A stretch of DNA of 64,000 nucleotides, taken from the NCBI GenBank assembly GCA_043228905.1, contig JBHGNT010000015.1, forward strand, positions 13,888,001 to 13,952,000. Reading direction: 5' to 3'. Position numbers and translations under genes: made by a program. This document shows positions 1-10,500 of this stretch, piece after piece. How positions within the stretch are numbered: position 1 is the stretch's first letter; every line of letters begins with the position of its first letter. The notes beneath the pieces are model-generated. The model did not search any database. It had not been told where the DNA came from and saw only the letters and a program-made list of their open reading frames with translations. The DNA is from Azolla caroliniana (taxonomy: Eukaryota; Plantae; Polypodiophyta).

Positions 1-1296
1 GCATCCACGGTTGTCTATCTCATGAATCGGTGCACCACTAATGGAGTGCATGAGCTAACTCCATACGAGCTCCTTGTCAGAAGGAAGCCGATCTTGTCGC
101 ACCTCAAGGTGTTCAGAAGCATTGCGAATGTATGCATCCCGAACGAACAACGACAGAAGCCCGACCCGAAGTCGGAGGAATGTATCCTCATAGGATACTC
201 GTCCGAGAAGAAGGCATACAAGTGCTACAACCCTTCTACCCGAGCGGTTCGGGTAAGTCGAGACGTAGTCTTCGACGAGTCTGCATCCTAGTACGCACTA
301 ACGACAACTTTGACTCCAACTCCGCTCATCCCGGAATCCACCAAACAAGAGGTAGAAGATGGAGATCACTTCGAACACATGTTCGAAGAAAGTCCGATTA
401 CAGCAAGGCCTAGTGGGCCACAAGAGCCCCCACACGACCCAAGCACGTCGCGTCCAAGTACGAACTTGGACAAAGGCAAAGGTAAGATGCCTGAATACGA
501 AGTCGATCACCCCGACGACAGTGATTCGGATGTGTCGGCTCCCTCACTAAACAGTGAATTTGGTGTACCCATCGTGCGTACACCCGAAGTAAAAAAGGCG
601 CTCACATCAGCGAGCGAAAAACTCTGACGCTCTTCTAGAGAGAAGAATCCCATCACTCGGCTCAGCTACAATGAGTATATGGCCCATCATTACACCTTCG
701 TGATGAAGGTAGTGGCTGAACAAGAACTCGAGAGCCCTACGGAAGCGGCTCGTGACTCACAATGGGTGGAAGCAGTCGGCCTTCGACAATTTCAAATGGC
801 AAGCCTTCATCACAGGCTTGAGGGGAAGGAAACGAAACCAAAACTACCACGAAAATGTCGACGTCGAAAGAAACAGTACCGACCATCCAAAGCCAAAGCC
901 AATTCAATCCGAATCGAAGATCCAAACGTCGAAAGCCAAAGCGTACGTCGGATGCCCCGTTGTACTTGAGCTTGAGGGGGCATGTTGAGAGATCAAGCTC
1001 AACTTACTTTAGTAAGTTAGGCAACCATGTAACTTCATAGTTACCTAGATAGAATCTAGTTAGAAGTGTTGACTATAACACCTTAAATATGACCTTGTAC
1101 TTAAGTGCGATATTCTAGATCCTCCACTCCCAAGTACATTTAATATAGGACTTACACTTTTGTACCTATATTATCCTCACACATGTGCACCCTTGCACAT
1201 GAAATCTATATATACCTCATTCTAGGTATTTTTGTATGATGATGTTTTCTAATATAGTTACTCATCCCCCATCTTGTGTTGGTCATAAGTGTTAAC

Positions 1297-1358
<62 letters not shown>

Positions 1359-1449
1359 CACACACATATCACTTAATCTTCCGCTTATAAACTAATCACA
1401 TAATTAGGTACTAAATAATCCTTACTAATTACTTACCTAATTCTTAACA
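1..1449 (+). mobile_element. 3' part of an internally deleted Ty1/copia retrotransposon: integrase C-terminus, PPT and 3' LTR (983-1449)
   Basis: ORF 22-291 has the copia integrase tail (PYELL..KP.LSHLKVF..CILIGYS..KAYKCYNP..VSRDVVFDE). The RT start (..QWVEA) is joined directly to the post-RNase H tail. PPT gagcttgagggggca precedes TGTTG at 983; the LTR ends ..TTAACA at 1449 and carries a (CT)n tract. Chromovirus gag sequence resumes at 1450. Confidence 0.88.
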
Positions 1450-4029
1450 ATTTCATTAGAAATTTCTGATAGTTCTAATAGTACTAATTGCCGAAATCTA
1501 TCGAACAAATTTGAAGTCCTTAGTCAATTAGAAGAAGAGTTAAACGATTAAGTCCAGCCATAATAGGAGTTGTTTGGTTTGACAACCCTAGATCTATGCA
1601 TCCCATTAGTGGTTCCATTCCCTCTAAGCAAGTTAGCAATGTGTTCTTAGCTCAAGGAATGGTTAGTACTAAAAGTACTCCTCCAATACATGTCTTAGCA
1701 CTCTTAGATTCAGGAGCCAACTCTTGCTTCATGGATAGGAATTTTGCCCAAGCTCATCAGATATCCCTAAGAAAACTTTCTTGCCCAGCATCTGTAGTAG
1801 TTATTGATGGTCGTCCCATTGCGTCCGGAAATATCATAAAAGAGTAAGAGTCGATTCAAGTTGTCCTATATAATTTGGTGTGTAGTATCATTTAATATAA
1901 TTAGTAGTCCAAATCATCCAATTGTCTTGGGGTTACCATGGTTCGAATTACATAACCAAGACATAGATTGGAGAACAAGAGAAAACCAGTATCAACAAAC
2001 CCAAGGACCTACTCATAGGATTGCAACCATTTCACTACAACAATTGCGTGAGGAAGGACGCAAGGAAGCAATGTTTGTCTTCGCAGTATTAGTAAAACCT
2101 TCCAACACCACTAAAGAGGAATCCACAATTCAACTTCTAGAGAAGTATCATCATTATGCCGACGTGTTCGATAAAGTACAAGCCAATACACTTCCTCACC
2201 ACCGACCGTATGATTGTCCCATTGATTTACAACCGGGAAAAGAGCCACCATGGGGACCAATCTACAACTTGTCACCAACCGAGCTAGAAGTCCTTCGAGC
2301 CTACATAGAGGAGAATTTGGCAAACGGTTTCATTCGACATTCAAAATCTCCAGCCGGCGCATCCATTTTCTTTGTCAAGAAAAAGGATGGATCACTTCGT
2401 CTCGTCGTAGATTACTGTGGCTTGAATAAGGTCATCATTAGGAATAGGTATGCACTTCCCCTTATCTTGGGTCTTTTAGAATGGATCAATAGTGCAAAGT
2501 TCTTCACAAAGATCGACTTACAAGGAGCATATAACCTCGTACGGATCCGATCGGGAGTATACAATTATTGGATCCGATCTGCAGAGCGTATAACCTCGTA
2601 CGGAGCAAAGATGCCAAGACATCATCCATATGGTTTATTGGAACCATTACCAAATCCAAGCAAGCTGTGGCAATCCATTTCTCTAGATTTCATCACAAAT
2701 CTTCCGGTCTCTAAGGGATTTGATGCAATCTTAACATTAATATATCGATATATGAAGATGACACATTTTTTTCCTTGTACTAAGGAAATCACTGGTGAAG
2801 AAACTGCCGAAATTGTCATGCGTGAGGTATGTCGGCATCATGGCCTTCCCAAACCCCAATTTGTCTCGAAATTCTCAAGGTCACTTGTAACCTCTCCTCC
2901 GTCTACCACCCGCAAACAGATGGACAAGCAGAACGAACAAATCAAACGTTGGAATAATATCTTCGGTGTTTTCTAAGCTATCAACAAGATGACTGGGCAG
3001 ATATTCTCCACTTTGCTGAATTTGCGTATAATAATTCTGTCCACTCATCGACTAGGGTTACACCATTTTATGCTTATGCAGGCTATCATCCTCGGTGGTG
3101 TATATTCAAAACTCCGGAGTTACCCACAAATCCTTATGGCTACACAAGATACATGCAGACTTATGTACTCATTTACAACAAGCTCAACAAACACAAAAGG
3201 ATTATGCGGATCATCATCGGCTTCCATTTAGTTTTAACATTGGAGATCGGGTATGGTTATTACGACGACACGTCAAGACTACTCACCCATGTGATAAATT
3301 GGACTATCGACAATTAGGTCCTTTCCGTAATATCGGAAAAATTAATGATGTCGCTTTTCATCCCAATCTACCTTCGCAACTACGGATACATCCGGTTTTT
3401 CATAATTCTCTTCTCGAACCGTATCAAAAGAACACTATTCCAAATCGTATTACACCACCTCCACCCCTGATCGAGCTTGAAGCAGGACCGGAGTAAGAAG
3501 TAGTTGTCATCCTCGATTCCAAGATTGTTCGCAACAATCTCTACTATTTGGTCGATTGGCTAGGCTATGGTCCAAGTGAGCGTACTTGGGAACCAGTCGA
3601 GAATGTGGTAAATGCTCAAGCTCTTATTGAGTACTTTCATCAGCAATATCCCGACAAGCCTGGTCCTCCATCTAAGACGACGTCGTCTTAAGGGAGGGGG
3701 GGGGGGGGGGGGGGGGGTAGTGTCATGATATAGCATGGTATGGCTTCAAAAGGATTTGAAGCCATGACCTTGTGTCACATGGGTTGAAGCCTTACCATTA
3801 AGCTATACACTATAACATAAAGAATATTATTTCTATTTATTATTTCACTTAGGAAATCATGTATATTCTAGATTTCTTTGGAACATTCTAGAAATGTCAA
3901 GAGTATTCCTAAGCCACTATAAAAAGAGGCACATGGCATTATTGAGAACCAAATAGGTTCAACGCCAGTCTTAAGCCTCCTAGCTATTCCTGTATATTCT
4001 CTTCATATAATATATATCTTTTGTTATCA

Positions 4030-4074
<45 letters not shown>

Positions 4075-4102
4075 AGTTCTACACCCCTCTTAGTACTAAT
4101 CC
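1450..4102 (+). mobile_element. Ty3/gypsy chromovirus (Tcn1/Tf1-like), copy 1: gag end, protease, truncated RT, integrase, chromodomain, poly-G PPT, partial 3' LTR (3721-4102)
   Basis: Protease ALLDSGANSCF; RT start [29 protein letters not shown]; integrase WQSISLDFIT and GPF..IHPVFH; chromodomain YYLVDWLGYGPSERTWEP (about 3540-3600). G-run 3691-3718 then TGTCATGATA. Colinear with the minus-strand copy at 17488-22949. Confidence 0.92.
1539..1583 (+). promoter_or_regulatory. Putative -1 programmed ribosomal frameshift signal at the gag/pol junction (slippery GTTAAAC, 6-nt spacer, stem-loop)
   Basis: gag ends ..EEELND* in one frame while the protease ORF (1596) is open in the -1 frame through the overlap. 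Stem gtccagcca..tggtttgac. The same signal is present in copy 2 at 21443-21487 (-). Confidence 0.7.
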
Positions 4103-5090
4103 GCGATGGGTTGGTTGATGACGAAGTCAATCGATACCTCGATGACCACCCGAAGATAATACCACCATTAGATATTGACGTCGTCGAGGCGGTCAACCTA
4201 TATGTGTCAGGGGTAGATATCGAGGCAGGAGATACCTTACAGAGCCCCATGCCCGAGCAGCCCTGGAATGCAAATTGGCAATCTCCCACCACGTGAAAGC
4301 TTCGATATTCGAGGAAATCAATTTAGGGAATATCAAGGACCCTCAACCGATTAAATTTGTCAAGGAACTCGCACCGATAGAGAAATTGGCAATGGTGGCC
4401 TTGTTAACAGAATATAAAGACTTCTTCTCTTGGTCGTACAATGATATGCAAGGCCTCAAACCGAACACCAAATCCACTTCAACCAAGATGCCAAACTGGT
4501 TCAACAACAGTGGTACCGCATGAATCCTAACTACACAGCCAAGGTGAAGGAAGAAATCGACAAGTTGTTGCGTGTAAGCTTTGTTCGACCCATCAAGAAA
4601 GCTACACGGCTCAGCCCGATTGTCGTCGTGCCAAAGAAAAATGGCAAGTTCCGAGTTTGCGTCGACTATCGGAAATTAAATGCCGCCACCATCACCGATG
4701 CGTTTCCACTACCCTTCACCGATGCGGTCCTGGATGTGGCCATGGGCCATGAGATATATAGTTTCATGGACGACTTCAGTGGGTATAACCAAATTCGGAT
4801 GCACCCGGATGACCAGGAAAAGACCGCTTTCGTCATCGAATGGGGCGTCTTCGTGGTGGTCGTAATGATGTTTGGGTTGAAAATAGCGTCGACAACCTTT
4901 CGGTAGTATCATCACGGAAATTTTCGGGGAATATATCCCTGCCTTCATGCAGGTCTTTTTGGATGATTTCTCAGTTTATGGCCGCCAACGGGAGCATATA
5001 AACTATTTACACTTATGGCTCGACTAATGTCAAAAAGCACGATTGAGCCTAAACCCGGCAAAATGCATATTCAACGTCTCCAGTGGCGCA
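4103..5090 (+). mobile_element. Non-chromovirus Ty3/gypsy (Tat/Athila/Phygy-like) reverse transcriptase fragment
   Basis: EEINLG..YKDFFSWSY; KVKEEIDKLL..SPIVVVPKKNGKFRVCVDYRKLNAAT..FPLPF..FSGYNQI..DQEKTAF; FLDDF at about 4955. Frameshifted, no termini visible. Confidence 0.85.
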
Positions 5091-5442
5091 AAATAATGGT
5101 CTATGCATGTCACGAGTACAGGGAAGTCAATATACCACGCAACGATTTGAATAGCGGTTTGGCAGGGTGTTGTGGCCCCAACTCTTCTTTCGCACCACAA
5201 CACCTTGATCCGATTACTCGGGAGGAGTAATCAATGGTGTTCCTCCAGGAGGGAGTAACATTTGTCATTGAAAGACCAAACTCAACAAAAAGTATAGTTT
5301 TGAAAATTGTCTACATGTAGTTGATCAAAGAATTTGTCTCCCTAAATCATATTATAGACCTTGTTGTGAACTTTGATTCAAACCATAGGTTATCAATGTG
5401 AGAACTCGTATGATCGAGTTATAGCTAAATAGACACACATTC

Positions 5443-5817
5443 TACATTCTATCAGTGTCGAGTAAATTAAGAAGAGAGAGAAAGGTGTTTTTTCTTGTTG
5501 CCCAAATGGATGTAGCTCAATTCGTAAGGTCGCTTAATGGAGACCAAGAGGTCATTGGTTTGATGCTTACATTCTATCGGTGTCTAGTAAATTAAGAAGA
5601 GAGAAAAAGGTGTTTTTTCTTGTTGCCCAAATGGATGCAGCTCAATTCGTAAGGTCTCCTAATGGTGACCAAGAGGTCATTGGTTCAACACCTACATTCT
5701 ATTGGTGTTTAGTAAATTAAGAAAAGAGAGAAATGTGTTTTTTCTTGTTGCCCAAATGGATGTAGCTCAATTCGTAAGGTTGCCTAATGGAGACCAAGAG
5801 GTCATTGGTTTAACCCC
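5443..5817 (+). repeat. Three tandem 125-bp units, each containing a tRNA-like segment (SINE-like head)
   Basis: Units start at 5443, 5568 and 5693. Each has ggatg(t/c)agctcaattcgtaagg..ggtcattggtt with A-box- and B-box-like motifs; ggatgta can pair with tacattc. A related single copy lies at 54230-54279. Confidence 0.8.
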
Positions 5818-6636
5818 AAAGGTATGCTAAAAGGGTGGCCCAAAGGAACACATGTACACCACAACATGAAGGCATGCATGCTAAAAAGGGTATGCTAAAA
5901 GGAGGCACAAAGGAACACATCCACACCACAACATAAAGGCATGCACTTGGACCAAAGGGACACCACAATATGTATGGAGTAATAGAGGTGAGAAAATTGG
6001 GGTATGTACTTTTGTGGGGTACCACAACAATTCCATGGGCTCAAAGGAAAGTTGATTTGGCAAATTTAGCAAGTATGTTTTATGTGGACATTGTCTCAAG
6101 AAGGGGTAGATTTATCTCATCTAATATTATGACACTTGAGAGGGTTTACCTTGCTAGATCGCTACTAATGAAGTAGTGGAGATAACACGGGTTGTATTAT
6201 CATCTTGTTTTAATAACAAACATAGGTTTACGAAAAATAAATAAATGAGAGAGATTTTACTATTATCATTAAAGGTCATATGACCCACGACTAGAAATAG
6301 TGTTTCACATATTAGATGTGAACTGCGTAACGACTCTAGATGTTCAAGAACTCTACTAATGAATGTCGCAATTGAGAGCACACATTGTGAGACAACATAT
6401 CTATGAAAGTTGGAGGGAGCATTGATGTGACAAATTTGTTTATTGGAGCAAGTAGATTTTCTTTCTTCAATGGTGCATTCATCTTGCTAGTAGCCATTCA
6501 ACATGTCCCACTACTCATGTAGTTAGTGGTGACACTTATTGGTTGTGGTTGGTGCCATTGTAGTACTTTTCACACATTTATAAATAGAATCTTGTGTTTT
6601 TCAAACAAAGAGAGAGAAAGAGGAAAATTTGATAGT

Positions 6637-6790
6637 TATCTCTTTAATGTCCATGGGAGACTGACCAATTGGATTTTTTAACTCTTTAATGTCCATGGGA
6701 TATTGACCAATTGGAATTTTTATCTATTTAATGTCCATGGGAGAGAGACCAATTGGAATTGATCTCTTTAATGTCCATGGGAGACCAACC
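6637..6790. repeat. Tandem minisatellite, about 4 copies of a 40-45 bp unit
   Basis: Repeated (t)ctctttaatgtccatggga..gaccaattgga. Confidence 0.85.
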
Positions 6791-7194
6791 TGCAATTTGT
6801 GGGATGGGGTCTACTCCATGGTGAGGATTGAACATCAATTCTCTCAAATTTATGACTTTGACACTACAGGGTAAACCAACAAGCCAAATAACCAATTGTA
6901 CTAGCGTGACCAAAGAAGGTGAATGGCAAAGGGTGGTATTTCCTATAGCCTCAAGGGCGAGGGTATGACCACCCACTCTCCACCCCCAAAACCCAAGGCG
7001 ACGACAAACCTTCATCGAGAGAAGCTCCGGAGACACACTGACTGCTCTTGCTAGTAAACCATCTCGTAAGTAAAGGCAAGCAAAGCTGAACATAGTGGGA
7101 TACAATGCGTCCATCGAGGCTATCAAGTGGGGGAGGTGATGGTGGGTCGCGATCAACGAAGGCACTCGATGGTGTGAGCGTGAGTGATTTGAGT

Positions 7195-7525
7195 CAGGGT
7201 CAGGGTCAATGTTGGTGTCCGAGTCCGAGTCCGAGTCCATTGTTCGAGTCTATTGTCCGAGTCCATTGCTCGAGGCTATTGTCCGAGTCCGTTGTCCGAG
7301 TCTATTATTGTCTGAGTCCATTGTCCAGAGGCCTCACTCTAGCACACCCAACCCAACCATTCATTCATTCATTCATTCATTTCTCTTCTTCTTCTTCTTC
7401 TTCTTCTTCTGTCTCTCTCAGTCTCAGTCTCAGTCTCTGTCTGTAGCCATTATGGTATCTGAATACTGAGTCAACACAGGTGCAGAGTACACCTCCCCAC
7501 CTCCTCCTCCTCCTCCTCCTCCTCC
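7195..7525 (+). promoter_or_regulatory. CPR promoter/5' leader built of simple repeats: (gtccga)n-like array, (ttca)n, (ttc)n, (ctcagt)n, (cct)n
   Basis: Read directly upstream of ATG 7526; pyrimidine-rich leader typical of plant 5' UTRs. Confidence 0.55.
7452..7469 (+). other. Possible short upstream ORF (MVSEY*) in the CPR leader
   Basis: ATGGTATCTGAATACTGA ends 56 nt before the CPR ATG; the transcription start is unknown. Confidence 0.35.
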
Positions 7526-10500
7526 ATGGCCCAACCCTCTGCTCCCCCCCTCTGGGAGAACCCCTCTTCCTTGCTGCTCCTCGCAGCTCTGCTCCTCTTG
7601 CCCATCCTCTTCATCTTCTTCCGATCTTCCTCTTCTTCCTCGAAAACCTCCAAAGACCTGAAGGAGAAGAAAGATGCCACTCCCAAAAAGCTTGTGGTAG
7701 AGGTTTCCTCTCCAACTCTGGAAGATCTCTCCCAGAAGAAGGTCACTGTCTTCTTCGGAACTCAGACAGGAACAGCAGAAGGATTTGCCAAGGTACTTTA
7801 TCGTTCCTTCCATTATTATTATTATTTTTGCTGTGGTGTGGTGTCCTTGTTCGGATTCATCTTTGAATGAATAGGCCATTGATGGATCCATCCCATCCAT
7901 CCATCCATCCATCCATTCATATATATGAATATTTCTCATGAGATCAAATATTTGTAGAAGGTTCACGGATTGAGTCATTCATCTGCAGATGGATTCTCGT
8001 GAGATCCATCCATCCATCCATCCATTCATATATATGAATATTTCTCATGAGATCAAATATTTGTAGAAGGTTCACGGATTGAGTCATTCATCTGCAGATG
8101 GATTCATTCAATCGTCTGTATGTGTATTGATTGTTGTGAAATCAAATATTTGTACAACATTCATGGATTCCTTCTCTAATCCTTGAATGGTTTTTTTTCA
8201 AGCTCAAGTGTTTGTGGAACATTCATTCATTTGTACGTATATGGATTCTTGTGATTTTCAGTCTCTGGCTGAAGAAGGTAGAGTTCGATATGAAAACAGA
8301 GTCCTCTTCAAGGTGGTCGATCTGGTACGTATCTCATGTAATTGAAGAGAAATATGTGGAAAATGAACAAGTTAAGGAGATAAAAGTGGGGAATTAATAA
8401 TAATTTCGTGTAGGTTAAAGAGAATGCATAAAAAATGAACTAGAGTATCTTCGGAGAAAGAGGAAAAATAAACAAGAATATCCTGTAACTTGAAGAAAAG
8501 GTTTGGAAAATAAAAAATACCCTCTTGCAGTCTGAACAAAAACATAGAAACTTGAAGAGAACATATGAAAAATAAACACTAATCTCTTGCAATCTGAAGA
8601 GGAATATGGAAACTTAGCAACAGTATCCTGCTAATGAAGAGAAATATGGGAAATGAATACGAAAAGTCATGCAGATCTACATGCATGTGTGTATTGTTTC
8701 GGTTCCAATCTCAAGAAAGTTTTGACCATCGCTTCATTGCAAGGATGAGTATGGAGCAGATGCTGATGAGTACGATAAAAAATTCAGCAAGGAGAGCCTT
8801 GCTCTGTTCACACTTGCAACGTAAGTAATGCTTATATTGATAGCACATTAATAGTAGGGTTTTAGTGTGATTTACATTTCAAATTCCACCTTATATCTAT
8901 ACAAACACATAGGTATGGAGATGGAGAACCTACAGATAATGCTGCACGGTTCTACAAGTGGTTTGTTGATGTACGCAAATACACTGTCATATATATGTTT
9001 GGCATTCTTGGGAGAAATACTAAAACTGTAAACTTTTGATCCAATAAATTTGTTAGGGCAAGAAGAATGGAGGAGATTGGCTTTCAGGTCTTTCCTATGG
9101 TGTCTTTGGCCTGGGAAACCGGCAGTATGAGCACTTCAATGAGGTATATACCATGTAAATTATTTGAAGTAAAACTAGGATCTTGGTAATTAAAAGTGGT
9201 ATATAATTGCTTTTGATCTGATTTCAGGTTGCCAAGAAAGTGGATGAGGCTCTTGCAGCTTATGGTTGGTCAACCAATCCTTCTCTGTTGTGGACCAGAA
9301 AATTACTCTTTATCTCCCCATTTAATGATGCCTAATCAACTTCCTCTTTTACAGGAGCAAATCAGCTGGTTTCATGTGGGCTTGGGGATGATGACCAGTG
9401 CATCGAGGACGACTTTTCAGCATGGTATATATCTTTATAAAGAAAGAATTGTGGGATTTCTTTGTTACAATTTGCTTTTAAGACAATGTGTTTATCTCAA
9501 CCCTTGAGTTACGGGAAATCAATTTGTAAAGCCATTTGTTAGGATATGCAATCTAATGGGCTTCTTTGTAGGCGTGAACAACTATGGCCATCCCTTGATC
9601 CACTCTTGCTTGATTCAACTAATGCAACTCCTGCTGTGACCACGCCTTACATGGCTGCTATCCTAGAATATCGAGTTGTATTCCATGATGACGATGAAAA
9701 GAATGTGTATCAGGAGGTATTTACACCTAGGTCACGCACTCCTGGGACACATGATGCAAACCACCCATGCAGGTAAGACTTGGGCTCTTCTCTGGTCTTG
9801 TACAGTGGCAGTTTGACTTATTTGTCTATGTACTGTGTTCACTATTGTTTATGTTGATTTTTAGGGCAAATGTGGCTGTACGGAGAGAGCTGCACACTGA
9901 CCAATCAGATCGTTCGTGCATTCACTTGGAGTTTGATATCCTAGGCACAGGCTTAAAGTAAGTAAGAAAAGCATGCATTATGTCGATTTTCCATTTACTT
10001 TTACTTGCCTTTCCAATGCCTGTTGCTCATGTATTTCCAGATATGAGACCGGGGATCATGTTGGGGTTTATCCAGAAAACACAAATGAAAATGTCGAGGA
10101 GGCAGCTGGATTGCTTGGATATTCCCTGGATACAATGTTTTCACTGCATGCAGAAGCTGAGGATGGGACTCCAATAGGTGGTTCTTTAATGCCACCATTC
10201 CCAGGGCCATGTGATTTAAAAACTGCCTTGGCTCGCTATGCAGATATTTTAACTCCACCACGTAAGGTATGTATGAGCTCACTGGCAAGAGGCTACATGC
10301 AAAGCAAAATGTGATGATGCATTGTCTTTTTTTTTTGTCAATATAGTGATAATTAACCTTTAGAAATCTTAAGAGAGATGCAATAATTAAACTACATGGA
10401 CAAGAAACCGCCCCTACAGTAAAGTAACATAAGTACAATTCAAAATACATGCCATTTATCCTCATGTCTTTACAAAAGCTTTCCGAATTTTGGCATCTTA

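Noticed and set aside
3691-3718. Long poly-G as a dedicated G-quadruplex element
   Set aside because: It is the PPT position (six G in copy 2); homopolymer slippage or sequencing error is the simpler explanation.
5508-5575. Functional tRNA gene
   Set aside because: The D, anticodon and T arms do not pair convincingly and the copies differ; treated as a tRNA-derived repeat.
5443-6790. Regularly spaced repeats as a CRISPR array
   Set aside because: Whole units repeat with no unique spacers, the context is eukaryotic, and no cas genes are present.
6728-7978. Long ORFs 6728-7240 (-), 7105-7446 (+) and 7430-7978 (-) as genes
   Set aside because: They are low-complexity translations of microsatellites or antisense to CPR exon 1.
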